A stretch of 64,000 nt of DNA from Sedimentisphaerales bacterium (GTDB taxonomy: Bacteria; Planctomycetota; Phycisphaerae; Sedimentisphaerales; SM23-30), in NCBI GenBank assembly GCA_963663965.2, contig CAXXFK010000023.1:1-64000 (forward strand). The letters are read 5' to 3'. Position 1 is the first letter of the stretch; the number at the start of each line of letters is the position of its first letter. Made by a program: the position numbers and the translations under genes. Positions 9,248 through 20,367 of the stretch are shown in pieces. The notes below the pieces were generated by a model. The model saw only the letters and a list, made by a program, of their open reading frames with translations. It did no database searches and was not told the origin of the DNA.

Positions 9248-9919
9248 CTACTGAGAAAGTCCCTCCTCCGTGCGATGACGGACAATCTCACCGGTAATCA
9301 TATATATCACATCTTCGGCAATATTGGTGGCGTGATCCGCGATTCGTTCCAGATGCCGCGCGCATGACAGAATTTTTAATAACGATTCCACCTGATCAGG
9401 ATTACGCTTGATCGCCTCATGAATCCGCCGATTGACGCCCCGGTTCATTTCGTCCATTTCTTCATCATCCTGAATCACCTTAAAGGCTAATGCCTCACTT
9501 AAATTTACCAGTGAGTCCAGACTCTCCGCCAGCATGGTTTTGGCCTTATACGCCATCCCGGAAAAATCGATATTGATTTCTATGGTTGGCTTATCAGATA
9601 AATACCGCGCACGCTTGGCCAGATTAACCGCCAGATCGCCTATCCGCTCCAGATCATTATTGATTTTCATGGCGGCAATAATAAAACGCAAATCCGTCGC
9701 GACCGGCTGATGCAAGGCCAGAATTTTTAAGCATTCTTCCTCCACCTCCACTTCCATATTGTCAATGACGATATCATGCTCAATCACTTTGTTCGCCAGT
9801 TCGTAATTCTTGTCTTCCAGTGCCTGAGTGGCCAGACGAACACTCTCTTCCACATCCATACCCAGGGTTAATATCCGCTTTTTTAAGTTATCAATTTCTC
9901 TTAATAAATGTTTTGCCAT
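9248..9919 (-). CDS. phoU: Phosphate signalling complex protein PhoU
   Basis: LALHQPVATDLR, NDLERIGDLAVN and LERIADHATNIAEDVIYM motifs; follows pstB. Confidence 0.95.
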   Translation of the reverse strand: MAKHLLREIDNLKKRILTLGMDVEESVRLATQALEDKNYELANKVIEHDIVIDNMEVEVEEECLKILALHQPVATDLRFIIAAMKINNDLERIGDLAVNLAKRARYLSDKPTIEINIDFSGMAYKAKTMLAESLDSLVNLSEALAFKVIQDDEEMDEMNRGVNRRIHEAIKRNPDQVESLLKILSCARHLERIADHATNIAEDVIYMITGEIVRHRTEEGLSQ

Positions 9920-9959
9920 AATGATCTCTCGAACCCCAACAGGAACGATGCCGCCGTTT

Positions 9960-10802
9960 TTATCCAAAACGGCCGGTTATATAATCTTCGGTTTGTTTGT
10001 TTTCCGGTTTAGTAAACACTTTAGACGTCACACCAAATTCCACCAGCTCTCCCAGACAGAAAAAGGCGGTATATTCGCTGACACGCGCGGCCTGTTGCAT
10101 ACTGTGGGTAACAATCACAATAGTATATTGATTCTTCAACTGTTCAATCAAATCTTCGATTTTACCCGTAGCGATCGGATCCAGCGCCGAACACGGTTCA
10201 TCCATCAAGATCACCTGGGGCTTGTTCGCCAGGGTCCGCGCGATACAGAGGCGCTGCTGCTGGCCGCCGGATAACGCCAGCGCCGATTTGTCCAGATCAT
10301 CTTTAACCTCATCCCAAAGCGCCGCGTTCCGCAAGCAGGTCTCCACCAGCTCGGATAATTCAGATTTGCTTTTCATGCCTTTTAAACGGGGGCCATAGGC
10401 AATATTATCAAAAATGCTCTTGGCGAATGGATTGGGCCGCTGGAACACCATGCCCACTTGCTGACGCAAATTAACCAGATTCGTTCGCTTGTCGTAAATA
10501 TCATAACCATTCACTTCCAGCAAACCTTCCGTCCGGCAATGGGGGATCAGATCATTCATGCGGTTTATACTCCGCAGAAATGTACTTTTACCACACCCGC
10601 TGGGACCAATAATCGCCGTTACCTTACAGGGGAAAATGTCGATATCTACTGATTTCACCCCCGGGGTGGAACCATAATAAAAAAAGAAATCCCTGGCCCG
10701 GATCACGGCCTGGTTCGGTTCAGCAACCTTGTGCCTGGATTGGGATTCGGGCATATTGCGTCGTTTCTCTTCGTTTTGAGTTTCCAAATCTATTGGCTCC
10801 AT
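9960..10802 (-). CDS. pstB: Phosphate ABC transporter ATPase
   Basis: [41 protein letters not shown]; start at ATG 10802 with GAGG RBS. Confidence 0.95.
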   Translation of the reverse strand: MEPIDLETQNEEKRRNMPESQSRHKVAEPNQAVIRARDFFFYYGSTPGVKSVDIDIFPCKVTAIIGPSGCGKSTFLRSINRMNDLIPHCRTEGLLEVNGYDIYDKRTNLVNLRQQVGMVFQRPNPFAKSIFDNIAYGPRLKGMKSKSELSELVETCLRNAALWDEVKDDLDKSALALSGGQQQRLCIARTLANKPQVILMDEPCSALDPIATGKIEDLIEQLKNQYTIVIVTHSMQQAARVSEYTAFFCLGELVEFGVTSKVFTKPENKQTEDYITGRFG

Positions 10803-10837
10803 AGTCAGTTTAACCTCGTTGCAAATAGTTTTCAATG

Positions 10838-12490
10838 CTATTGCCCCCTCAATTTTTTCGATATCCGGGATCGGATAACGATTGCCACGATATTCAAACA
10901 CATGACCAGCATGATCAAGGCGATCACCATCCCATATTGGTTGTGGGGCACCTGCATGGCCAGGCGGTCACCCACGGCCAGATCGTAACTGCCATAGGAC
11001 AGCGTTCTTGTCTGCCGCCATAAAGCCCCCAAATTGGGTTCAAATATATTGACAATTGGCCCCAGGGCTACGGCTCCGGTAAACAATAACGGCGCGGTTT
11101 CTCCGGCTGCCCGGCTCAATGACAGAATGACTCCCGTTAAAATTCCCGGCAACGCCGCCGGCAACGTCACTTTGATGAAGGTTAAAAATCGACCGGCGCC
11201 CAGGGATAACGACGCCTCCTTGTAGGTATGGGGGACCGATTTGATCGCTTCTTCGCTCGCGCGGATGATCACCGGCAAAACCAGCACCGCCAGGGTCATG
11301 GCGGCCGTTAGAATACAGGGCTCTGGCTTATGACCCAATCTTGGCAGCATCCATTGCACAAAGAATGCCAGACCAAAAAGACCAAAGACGATACTGGGAA
11401 CGCCTGCCAGCGTGTTGATACACATGCGGATCAGCCGGATCACAAAGCTATCACCGGCGCATTCAATTAAATACGCGGCGGATATGATACCCAGCGGAAT
11501 CGCGAATACCATCGACAACAACGAGATCATGAGCGTCCCGACAATTTCCGGACCAACGCCTCCAAAATAATGGCCCGGGGTGCTGTCATCAAAGAAATAC
11601 TGCCAGTAAACCGTCAGGCGTGGATTTAAAAGCTCGGTAGCGTTTGTCTCAACCATCCCAAACAACGGTTCCAGCGAAGTCCCCTTGAACTGCGTCTCCG
11701 CGCGCGAAACTACCTTTTTCTGAAGTTGATCGCTCCCTGCGATCGGCTCCCAGACTTCATCATATATAATCCGGTAGATCTGGCGTTCTGCCATGTCCCA
11801 GCGAGTCGCCCCAAATTGCTCCTGGGCCAATACCGGCAAAGGCTCGCCCGGACGAGGCCCTAAAAGTTGGGTGAGCGCCTCGCGAACCTCTTCCAGATTC
11901 TGCCGATAGTCTTCACGGCTACCCAGGTCAATTGTGTCCAGCAATTTACGGTAGCGGAACCCTATGTCGAACAACTCGGCCAGAGGAGTTCCAACAAACC
12001 GTTCATCTTCTCGATGAGTTAAAAATTCATCCAGAATTTTTGTGGCTTCTGATTCATCCGTCGTTTCATACGCCGAGATTAATTGATCACGAATATCACG
12101 GGCGGCGCCTCGCAAATCGCTTAACTCTTCACGTTCCACGCCCCGCAGGCGCAGATAATCGCCGTAGCTGCGATAGATCTCTTTGGCATGATCTATCGGC
12201 TCTTCTACATCAATACCCCGTTTGAAACCGTCCACCAGGTCATAAAGTTCCTGCCGCAAAGGCATGATCTGCTGCGTTTCCTTGACAATATCGCTTTCGT
12301 TCCCGCGTTGATACAAACTGTATTGCATCTTGCGAAATTCGATCGTTCCTGAAAACAGCACGGCGCTGAAACCGCGACGCATCATGGGAATCAGCACCAC
12401 CAGCAGAATTAGGACAATAACACCGACTGTCACGGATGACATTCCGGTAAACACCCGGTCCTGGATAAGACGATATCCTGTACGGCTCAT
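10838..12490 (-). CDS. pstA: Phosphate ABC transporter permease PstA with large soluble insertion
   Basis: [21 protein letters not shown] and RAAGETAP motifs. Confidence 0.92.
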   Translation of the reverse strand: MSRTGYRLIQDRVFTGMSSVTVGVIVLILLVVLIPMMRRGFSAVLFSGTIEFRKMQYSLYQRGNESDIVKETQQIMPLRQELYDLVDGFKRGIDVEEPIDHAKEIYRSYGDYLRLRGVEREELSDLRGAARDIRDQLISAYETTDESEATKILDEFLTHREDERFVGTPLAELFDIGFRYRKLLDTIDLGSREDYRQNLEEVREALTQLLGPRPGEPLPVLAQEQFGATRWDMAERQIYRIIYDEVWEPIAGSDQLQKKVVSRAETQFKGTSLEPLFGMVETNATELLNPRLTVYWQYFFDDSTPGHYFGGVGPEIVGTLMISLLSMVFAIPLGIISAAYLIECAGDSFVIRLIRMCINTLAGVPSIVFGLFGLAFFVQWMLPRLGHKPEPCILTAAMTLAVLVLPVIIRASEEAIKSVPHTYKEASLSLGAGRFLTFIKVTLPAALPGILTGVILSLSRAAGETAPLLFTGAVALGPIVNIFEPNLGALWRQTRTLSYGSYDLAVGDRLAMQVPHNQYGMVIALIMLVMCLNIVAIVIRSRISKKLRGQ

Positions 12491-13710
12491 TTACGCCCTC
12501 CCTTTGATTTGCGGAATCCAGTCATAAAATACTCGCTGATCATGTTTAAACCAAAAGTGAAAATCAGCAGCAGGGATCCGATTCCGAACAGGGATTGTCG
12601 ATGAATCGAACCAACCGGCGACTCTCCCATTTCACCTGCAATGGTTCCGGTCATGGTTCGAATCGATTGGGAGATATCCCAGAATGGAGACGGTATCTGA
12701 TTGGCATTGCCCGAGGCCATCCAGACCACCATGGTTTCGCCGATCGCTCGCATCATTCCCAGAATCACCGCCGCGACAATTCCGCTATGCGCGGCCGGAA
12801 TAACAACCTTCAGCATGGTTTCACTGCGCGTGGCGCCCAGACCATAAGAGGCTTCCCGAATTTCGCGGCCGATGGCTGAAAGCGAGTCTTCCGACACGCT
12901 GATGATCGTCGGCAATGCCATAACCGCCAGAATCAAGGCCGAATTCAAAGCATTCGTGCCTGTTGGAAAACCAAACGTCTTCTGTAAAAACGGCGCCAGT
13001 ACGACAACGGCAAAAAATCCATACGCCACGGAAGGGATTGCCGCCAGGATTTCAATAATCGGCTTGCAGATCTGGCGGATATTGAACGGCGCAATATCGC
13101 TTAAAAAAACCGCCGCCATCATTCCCAGCGGCACTGCGACAACCAGCGCCCCGATCGTAACAAAAAGTGATCCAAATATTATCGCCAAAGCGCCATATTC
13201 AGGCGGGGTTCCCGTAGGAAACCAGTTCTTACTGGTAATAAATATCTGAAAACCATTCTTGGCTTTTCCTTTTAAAACCGCCCGCAATTCCTCTTCAGGC
13301 ATAGTTGTTACAATCTGATAAATACCTTCATTCGGATGCAACATCTGCAATGCCGCCAGCGCGCCGTTGGTTTGCTGTTCCAGAAATTCGGCAACCTTTT
13401 TATTCGCATCTCCTTGCTCAGCCAGGCGCTCGAAAAATGTATTCATATTCCCGGCGGGGATACCATCCAGAAATTCCTCCATTCCCCCATGGGTAATAAA
13501 CGGGAAGGCCCCTTGAATGACAAAGTAGAAAATTAACAATACCGCTAAAACCGAAAAGCAAGTCACGCCAAACAGAAACAAACGGCCGGCGTGACTCAGA
13601 ACAAATCCCAGAAAATCTTCACTCGGAGTAAGACGCAACGGCCGGGTAAATCCGGCCGTCGCGCTAGAATGAGCGGATTCAGGTTCTTTTGGCACACGGT
13701 ATGAACTCAT
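12487..13710 (-). CDS. pstC: Phosphate ABC transporter permease PstC
   Basis: ILAAIPSVAYG, EASYGLGATR and RAIGETM motifs; 4-nt overlap with pstA. Confidence 0.92.
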   Translation of the reverse strand: MSSYRVPKEPESAHSSATAGFTRPLRLTPSEDFLGFVLSHAGRLFLFGVTCFSVLAVLLIFYFVIQGAFPFITHGGMEEFLDGIPAGNMNTFFERLAEQGDANKKVAEFLEQQTNGALAALQMLHPNEGIYQIVTTMPEEELRAVLKGKAKNGFQIFITSKNWFPTGTPPEYGALAIIFGSLFVTIGALVVAVPLGMMAAVFLSDIAPFNIRQICKPIIEILAAIPSVAYGFFAVVVLAPFLQKTFGFPTGTNALNSALILAVMALPTIISVSEDSLSAIGREIREASYGLGATRSETMLKVVIPAAHSGIVAAVILGMMRAIGETMVVWMASGNANQIPSPFWDISQSIRTMTGTIAGEMGESPVGSIHRQSLFGIGSLLLIFTFGLNMISEYFMTGFRKSKGGRK

Positions 13711-13727
13711 CAGGTCCGAATCCTCGA

Positions 13728-14546
13728 TTAGTAGTTAGTCACGGGAACAAAACCCTTGGCTTCAATAATCTCCTGGCCTTCTTCGCTCAGGTGATAGGTA
13801 ACAAATTCAAAAACTTTGCTGCCAAGCTTTGGATACCCATTCGTAAACAGGAACAGCGGACGGCTGATCGGATAGGTCCCCTTGGAAATCGTCGAACGAC
13901 TCGGGGCAATGCCATCCACTTTAAGGGCTTTCACTTTGTTGTCCAGAAAGCCCAGGCCGACATAGGCAATCGCGCCTTCCGTCGACGCGCAGCGGGCATG
14001 GGCCTGAGGATTCGAATTGACATATTCGACACTGGCGGCCATTTTCTCTTTGTTCATCACCAGGCCTTCAAAGGTTTCGTAGGTTCCGGAGGAAGAATCA
14101 CGGCTGATGGCCACGATCGCTTTGTCAGGACCGCCAACTTCTTTCCAGTTTTTCACTTTACCCGTGAAAATACTGCGAATCTGTTCGCGGGTCAGGGCGG
14201 TGACCGGGTTGGAAGGATGGACGACAACACACACGCCATCCATGGCAATCGCATGCGCTACTGGAAAGACATCGTTAACGACTGCTTTTTTAAACTCAGT
14301 GGATTTCATGAAACGGCTCATCATAGCAATATCACAGCGGCCATCGACAATCGCTGCGGCGCCGTCGCCCGAACCGGTCTTCTTAACGGTAATCTGCAAA
14401 TCGGGATACTTCTTCATAAACGCTTCCGCGAACGCATCCCCAATCGGACCCACCGTGGTGGAACCGTCAATGGACAGGGTTTCAGCGGCATGAACACCGG
14501 CAACCATGACCAGCAAAGCCATTACTAAACTTAACATCTTTTTCAT
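13728..14546 (-). CDS. pstS: Phosphate ABC transporter substrate-binding protein
   Basis: Signal peptide; IDGSTTVGP, GSGDG, SRDSSSGTYETF and YPISRPLF motifs. Confidence 0.93.
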   Translation of the reverse strand: MKKMLSLVMALLVMVAGVHAAETLSIDGSTTVGPIGDAFAEAFMKKYPDLQITVKKTGSGDGAAAIVDGRCDIAMMSRFMKSTEFKKAVVNDVFPVAHAIAMDGVCVVVHPSNPVTALTREQIRSIFTGKVKNWKEVGGPDKAIVAISRDSSSGTYETFEGLVMNKEKMAASVEYVNSNPQAHARCASTEGAIAYVGLGFLDNKVKALKVDGIAPSRSTISKGTYPISRPLFLFTNGYPKLGSKVFEFVTYHLSEEGQEIIEAKGFVPVTNY

Positions 14547-14593
14547 TGGTTATCTCCTTGAAAAAATTTTCTCTCAGCCACACGCAAAATACA

Positions 14594-15778
14594 TTAGAAC
14601 TTCAACATAACGTCAAATTGATAACGATCATAATCGGTTTCAGCTTCACCGACAGAATTACGCAGGTAAGTCACACCGGCCGCAACATTCTTGGCCAGCT
14701 GATAGCCCGCGGAAAACAGGTGACCGGAACCATTGGTTCCGCCACCAATAAAATCGGAATCGCTGAATGCGCCAACCACGGCGTCATCCTCCAGATCACG
14801 ATACGCATAACCCAGCGACCAGGAACCCGGATCTTTGAGTTTGTTGACATTCAAACCCAGCATCCAGCCCGTTTCTTCATTGTCGGCTTCGGTATTAAAT
14901 ACATAATTACCATAACCAACCAGCGGCAATCCCAGGGCGTCAGTGCCACATTCCGCAAACAACTCGACGATATTATAATCATTGGCAAAACCACCGGCAT
15001 CATTTGTGTTGCCAAAGAATTTGCCATCATACAACGCGCCATTGTTTTCAACATGAGTATAATCAAAATAACTGGCGCCGCCCAATACATACAGATCCTC
15101 ATAGGTATACTTCAATCCCCCCTGTACACCCCACACGGCTGCCGAAGCATTACCGGCGCCACGCTGGTCAGCCCAAAAGCCGCCGCCACTGGTGAATAAA
15201 TTCACCCCTTCCATCAGGTCAACACGATAACTGGCCGCCAAACCTTCAGGATTCAAATCACCGTCCCAGATCAACTGGTTGCCGCCCACCTGAACGAAAG
15301 GTACGCCAAATTTACCGGCCATCGTCGATAAACCGGGGACAGCCGCCGGCGACCAGGTCAGATAAGCGCGATCCAGCCAAAGACTCTTGCTGGAAAAAGC
15401 GCCATCCAAGGTGGCGTTGGTCGATACCGGATCTTCACTGCCACTGGCGATCCGAATATCAAACATGGTTTCATCATTGATCTTGGCGTTCATACTAATA
15501 CGCGCCCGGATGCGATTACGATCGTTACGATCACCATTTTCGGTATCGATGGATTCATGACGGTAACGGAAATCACCGCCAAATTTCAAAGCGGACGCCT
15601 TGCTGGCAGATACCGAACTGCCATTTCCCATTTGATCCAGTTTTAACTGCATCTTCAGGATCACATCATACTGATTGGCAATTTCCTTCTTCAAGGCTTC
15701 GATGTCATCAGCGCCATAGGCCTGACCCACGCCGGCAATTGCCACCAGCAGCACCATTAGTAATACATTTTTCTTCAT
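14594..15778 (-). CDS. Putative outer-membrane porin (phosphate-regulated)
   Basis: Signal peptide, short coiled coil, GDFRYRHE / RNRIRAR / IWDGDLNPEG motifs, terminal Phe; heads the pst operon. Confidence 0.8.
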   Translation of the reverse strand: MKKNVLLMVLLVAIAGVGQAYGADDIEALKKEIANQYDVILKMQLKLDQMGNGSSVSASKASALKFGGDFRYRHESIDTENGDRNDRNRIRARISMNAKINDETMFDIRIASGSEDPVSTNATLDGAFSSKSLWLDRAYLTWSPAAVPGLSTMAGKFGVPFVQVGGNQLIWDGDLNPEGLAASYRVDLMEGVNLFTSGGGFWADQRGAGNASAAVWGVQGGLKYTYEDLYVLGGASYFDYTHVENNGALYDGKFFGNTNDAGGFANDYNIVELFAECGTDALGLPLVGYGNYVFNTEADNEETGWMLGLNVNKLKDPGSWSLGYAYRDLEDDAVVGAFSDSDFIGGGTNGSGHLFSAGYQLAKNVAAGVTYLRNSVGEAETDYDRYQFDVMLKF

Positions 15779-15867
15779 GGATACTCTCCGTTAATGAACC
15801 ATACTTTCTTCATTTGAACGAGCCATTCTCGTTCTGGTATTACTTCTTGAAGAAATATAATCTGAGG

Positions 15868-15906
15868 GTGTTATAACAATATTAGCCCGGTGTTAGATAT
15901 GTGTTA
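15868..15906 (-). promoter_or_regulatory. Pho-box-like array (4 direct repeats, 11-bp period)
   Basis: GTGTTA/ATATTA/GTGTTA/GTGTTA at 15868, 15879, 15890, 15901 on + (TAACAC on the coding strand), upstream of porin-pst. Confidence 0.75.
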
Positions 15907-16030
15907 GAAAGTATATTTGTTTTTAATTTATTTAAAAACAACAACTTATCGCACCAAACTCATTGGCCGTCTACAATTTTTTCTCACCGTATCCCTCTTT
16001 TTCCCATTTAATAGGTCTTTGTTAGCTTGA

Positions 16031-17851
16031 TCAGGCAATACCATTGCCCCCCGAAATGCCCTCTCCATTCATTGGAAGATATATCGAAAAAGTCGTTCCC
16101 TGCTCCAGTTTACTCTCAACGGTGATCCGGCCCTTGTGAACTTGAACAATATGTTTGACAATCGACAAGCCCAATCCAGTCCCCCCCAGTTCGCGACTGC
16201 GGGCTTTATCGACACGATAAAACCGCTCAAACAGGCGGGGCAAATGTTTTTGATCAATCCCACAGCCGTGATCATGAACGGTTATGACCAACTCGCGATC
16301 ATCCACTTTTTCCGCCTTAATTTCAATCATACTGTGGGGCTCACTATATTTAACCGCATTGTCAATCAGATTGACCAATGCCTGCTCAAGCAAGTGAGCA
16401 TTTACCGGGCCGGCCAAACCCTCGCCGCAGGTTATTTCGACCTGAATGCCCTTATGAGTCAATTTTAACTCGCACAAATCCACTGCAGCTCGAATGATTT
16501 CTCGGATCGATAAATGCTGAAATGATAATTCCGACTTATCCCCCTGGGCTTCTAGTTCGGATAATGTCAGTAAATCCTCAGTGATGGCATGCAGGCGGTC
16601 AGCCTGCCGGGAAATAATTTCCAGAAACCGCCGGGCATCCTGCTGATTTTCACTGGCCCCCGCCAGCAGCGTTTCGACAAACCCCTTAATCGAGGTTATG
16701 GGCGTCTTCAATTCATGCGAGACGTTGGAGACAAAATCCTTGCGAACATTTTCCAGTCGGCGTAAACGCGTAATATCATTTAATACGACCAGGGCGCCGA
16801 TTTTTTCTCCCTTGTTATCTGCCAATGCCGCCGCGTGCACTTGCATATACTTGTCTTTATGATAATTCCATAAAGTGATCTCGCCTTCAACCAGCGCTTC
16901 ATCGCCTTCCAGTACTTTATGCACCAGATTATGCAACTCTATATTGCGCACGACCGCCTCCAGACTTTCGCCCTGGGTCCGGTTGAACGACACCCCCAGC
17001 AGATTCTCCGCCGCCCGGTTCATCATGATCAAATTACTCTTGTTATCAACCGCCAGAACCCCTTCCGCCATACTCGTTAAAATGGCTTCCTGCTCATTAC
17101 GCTGGGTTTTTATAATACTGATTCGCTCATCGAGCTCCCGGGCCATCTTATTGATCATTTTGATCAATGCGTCTATTTCGCGGGTACCGGTTGTGCTTAA
17201 TTGATGACTCAGATCGCCCTCGGCCAACAGACGCACCCCTCGACGCATATCCCGCAAAGGCTTGCTGATACGCCCGGAAACACCTATTCCTATCAAGGCA
17301 GACAGTACTGCCACCAGTAACCCGCCCGCCAGCATTTCGATATATGCCCGATTCAAGGTCTTTTGCAAATTGGTCATCGGCACAGAGATACGTATAATAC
17401 CCGCCAGTTCTCCGTTATACTCTACGGTTCTTGCCACATAAATCATTTGGGCCCGGATCGTTTTGCTGAAACGATTTTGAATTCCAAAACCATCCTCTGA
17501 TTGCAGGGCTTGCTGCACCTCCGGACGGCCCAGGTGATTTTCCATTTTCCCAGCGTCTGATTCCGTGTCCGCAATGACCCGGCCATCAGATAACATGACC
17601 GTAATTCGATTCCCCGTACGCTGACTGACATCTTGACAAACCGTCCCAATCGCATCAAAATCGATTTTTGGCTCTACCAGATAAGAATGTAATATCTTTT
17701 CAACCAGATGGGCTCGCGCAAACAAGTCATCATTCACCCACGACTCAAAAAATCGATTGACGATTCCGACGGTATAAAAGGAAAATCCGCCTGATAACAG
17801 TAAAATAATGACAAGGTAGGAGGGATAGACCCTCCAGAACATCGTCTTCAT
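16031..17851 (-). CDS. phoR: Sensor histidine kinase PhoR (periplasmic sensor, HAMP, PAS, HisKA, HATPase)
   Basis: NVSHELKTPITSIKGF, NLIDNAVKY, ERFYRVDKARSRELGGTGLGL. Confidence 0.92.
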   Translation of the reverse strand: MKTMFWRVYPSYLVIILLLSGGFSFYTVGIVNRFFESWVNDDLFARAHLVEKILHSYLVEPKIDFDAIGTVCQDVSQRTGNRITVMLSDGRVIADTESDAGKMENHLGRPEVQQALQSEDGFGIQNRFSKTIRAQMIYVARTVEYNGELAGIIRISVPMTNLQKTLNRAYIEMLAGGLLVAVLSALIGIGVSGRISKPLRDMRRGVRLLAEGDLSHQLSTTGTREIDALIKMINKMARELDERISIIKTQRNEQEAILTSMAEGVLAVDNKSNLIMMNRAAENLLGVSFNRTQGESLEAVVRNIELHNLVHKVLEGDEALVEGEITLWNYHKDKYMQVHAAALADNKGEKIGALVVLNDITRLRRLENVRKDFVSNVSHELKTPITSIKGFVETLLAGASENQQDARRFLEIISRQADRLHAITEDLLTLSELEAQGDKSELSFQHLSIREIIRAAVDLCELKLTHKGIQVEITCGEGLAGPVNAHLLEQALVNLIDNAVKYSEPHSMIEIKAEKVDDRELVITVHDHGCGIDQKHLPRLFERFYRVDKARSRELGGTGLGLSIVKHIVQVHKGRITVESKLEQGTTFSIYLPMNGEGISGGNGIA

Positions 17852-17926
17852 AAGTTTTGTTTCCGTACAAACTTTGCGTTAAACTTCAACTTACCGGCAA
17901 TCCACAATCAGCCCACCGTGCCGGCG

Positions 17927-18613
17927 CTATTCCTTAAACCGATATCCCACCCCCCGAACGGTCTCGATTAAATGCTGCGCGTCACCCAGTTTCTTACGCA
18001 ATCCCACAATCTGAACATCGACACTTCGGTCAGTGACCGGATAATCGTCGCCATGCACGGCATCGACGATCTGCCCACGGGTAAAGACCCAGCCCGGACG
18101 ACGGGCCAGAAAGCGCAGCAGATTAAACTCTGTCGAAGTCAGATCAACCTGTTCGCCACTGACATGGACTCGATGGCGCTGGATATCAATTTCCAGTCCA
18201 TGTATCCTTATAATATCCGGCTCCGGCCGGTTGCGGGTGCTTTGTCTTCTTAAAACCGCCTTGATTCGTGCCAGTAAAACCCGCGGACTGAAGGGCTTGG
18301 TCATATAATCATCCGCACCCATCTCCAATCCGGTCACGACATCCGCCTCTTCGCCCTTAGCCGTTAATATTAAAATATTTAAATTGCGGGTTTGGGGATC
18401 GTTTTTTAATAGTTTACAGATTTCTAAACCATCAATTTTGGGTAACATTAGATCCAGAATGACCAGATCCCACTTGTTCGACCGGGCTTTTTCCAGGCCG
18501 GTATCTCCCGACATTGCCGTATCCACTTCATAACCCTCTTTGGTCAGATTATAGCGGATCAACTCAAGGATATCTTCGTCATCCTCAACCACCAGTATTT
18601 TCTCGTTAGCCAT
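17927..18613 (-). CDS. phoB: OmpR-family response regulator PhoB/PhoP
   Basis: REC domain (VVEDD, LDLMLP, KPF) plus winged helix (RSVDVQI, IETVRGVGYRF); adjacent to phoR and pst. Confidence 0.9.
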   Translation of the reverse strand: MANEKILVVEDDEDILELIRYNLTKEGYEVDTAMSGDTGLEKARSNKWDLVILDLMLPKIDGLEICKLLKNDPQTRNLNILILTAKGEEADVVTGLEMGADDYMTKPFSPRVLLARIKAVLRRQSTRNRPEPDIIRIHGLEIDIQRHRVHVSGEQVDLTSTEFNLLRFLARRPGWVFTRGQIVDAVHGDDYPVTDRSVDVQIVGLRKKLGDAQHLIETVRGVGYRFKE

Positions 18614-18675
18614 TAATTAAAACCTCAAATCTTGTATCAATTACTTCGTTTTAACACCTGTACTTTATCCTAACA

Positions 18676-18703
18676 ATGTTAGACTTGTGTTAGGGTATGG
18701 TTA
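18676..18703 (-). promoter_or_regulatory. Pho-box-like array upstream of phoB (autoregulation)
   Basis: ATGTTA/GTGTTA/TGGTTA at 18676, 18687, 18698, same period and orientation as the pst array. Confidence 0.7.
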
Positions 18704-19102
18704 ATATGTAATTTGACACCTGTATTATTGAGGTTTTCAACAAAATAACCAACAAAATATTTACCCAACATCCAGTAATCAAAAAATATCGATAATTAAA
18801 ATCTGCGTATTTACCCCATTCAACTAACAAAGGGGAAATCAAAACAATTGACAAAATTATAGCAGAATACCAGCCAATATCACAGCCGCGGTAATTGCCA
18901 ATAAGCACTTAATTACTTTCTGCTCCAGTTTTAATACTCGTTGCATGACAACGCCATTAAACCAGTTAACAACTTTGATTATAGCAAAATTCACATGAAC
19001 ATTTTGCAGACAATATACCCTATCCCCACGATATTAGGATTATATGACTGTTCTGTTACATTCCTGTTAAATCAGAATAATATCGTACCGACAACATCTC
19101 AT

Positions 19103-20365
19103 TTACGTTGATTCATTCCCAATCTTTAATTTCTTCATTAACGGACTCATCGTTGCCCCCTGCACCACCAGCGAGAAAAATACACACGCAAACCCCGCCA
19201 GAATCAATGCCGGCCGCAATTCCGATAAAGCCGTTCCTTCCTGGGCCGGCAGATGCAACAACAAGGCGATGGGGATTGATCCACGCAATCCACCCCAGAA
19301 TAAGACATGACTCCAGGCCTTGGGCCGGATTCGTCCCGCCAGATTCAATAACCAGTAAAACAAATAAGCCACTATGGCCCGCCCAACCAGCATGGCAACA
19401 ATTGCGACGATAACAAGCCGGTAAGGATTGATCGACTTGGGAATATAATGAACGACCTCACGCAACTCCAGTCCTATCAGGATAAAAAGGAGAGAATTGA
19501 GCAGAAAGTCAATCGACTCGAAAAATGTCTCTACCGTCTCAGTGGTTTTTTTGCTCATCGCCAGCCGGCGTCCATGATTACCCACTACCAGACCCGCCAT
19601 CACGGTCGCAATGACTCCCGACAAATGCAGAACTTCGCCCAGCCAGAATGCCCCATATGCCAGCACTAGGCAGATGGCATTTTCCAGTAAATGGTCCTCC
19701 AGCCTTCTTAAGAGAATAAAAGCTATCCATCCCAATAGCCCCCCCAGCACCAGACCGCCACCCGATACTGCCACAAACCGCCAGAGCGCTTCGACCCAGT
19801 TCAAGCCGCCTCCATGCATGATCGCGTTTAAAATAATCGTAAATAACACCACTCCCGTCGCGTCGTTTAACAAAGATTCGCCTTCAACCAGAATCCGCAA
19901 ATCTTCCGGGGCCTTCGCCTGCCTGAATAACGCCAGCACACTGACCGGATCCGTGGGCGCAATCAATGCCCCAAACAACATGGCAACCAATCCGGTTCCC
20001 AGACCGCCCAGCCAGCCCGTTACCCCGCCCACCAGCACGGTCGTAACCACAACGCCCGGTATGGCAAATACCAGAATCGGCCGGATATGCGTTAACAGCC
20101 GCTGTAGCTCCATATGAAAGGCGCCTTGAAACAACAGGGGCGGCAGGAAAACAAAAAAGATTAATTCATGACCGAATCCCGTCTCTTCGATGCTCGGCGC
20201 CCAGTTAAATATCCCCACCGCCAGCCCGACCAGCGTTAAAAAGATCGTATAGGGCAGCCGGGTTATTAATTTACTGGCAATACTGACAACACAGGCCAGT
20301 AACAACAATCCAATATAGATGCCCACCGTATGCTCGATGGGATGTGACATGGCGGATGCGAACAT
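19103..20365 (-). CDS. CPA1-family Na+/H+ antiporter
   Basis: FLPPLLF, IAPTDPVSV, EGESLLNDA and GGLRG motifs. Confidence 0.9.
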   Translation of the reverse strand: MFASAMSHPIEHTVGIYIGLLLLACVVSIASKLITRLPYTIFLTLVGLAVGIFNWAPSIEETGFGHELIFFVFLPPLLFQGAFHMELQRLLTHIRPILVFAIPGVVVTTVLVGGVTGWLGGLGTGLVAMLFGALIAPTDPVSVLALFRQAKAPEDLRILVEGESLLNDATGVVLFTIILNAIMHGGGLNWVEALWRFVAVSGGGLVLGGLLGWIAFILLRRLEDHLLENAICLVLAYGAFWLGEVLHLSGVIATVMAGLVVGNHGRRLAMSKKTTETVETFFESIDFLLNSLLFILIGLELREVVHYIPKSINPYRLVIVAIVAMLVGRAIVAYLFYWLLNLAGRIRPKAWSHVLFWGGLRGSIPIALLLHLPAQEGTALSELRPALILAGFACVFFSLVVQGATMSPLMKKLKIGNEST

Positions 20366-20367
20366 AA

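Noticed and set aside
18690..18908. 72-aa hydrophobic ORF upstream of phoB as a confident gene
   Set aside because: AT-rich, no clear RBS, non-ATG start, and it overlaps the Pho boxes; kept only as a possibility in the Pho-box finding.
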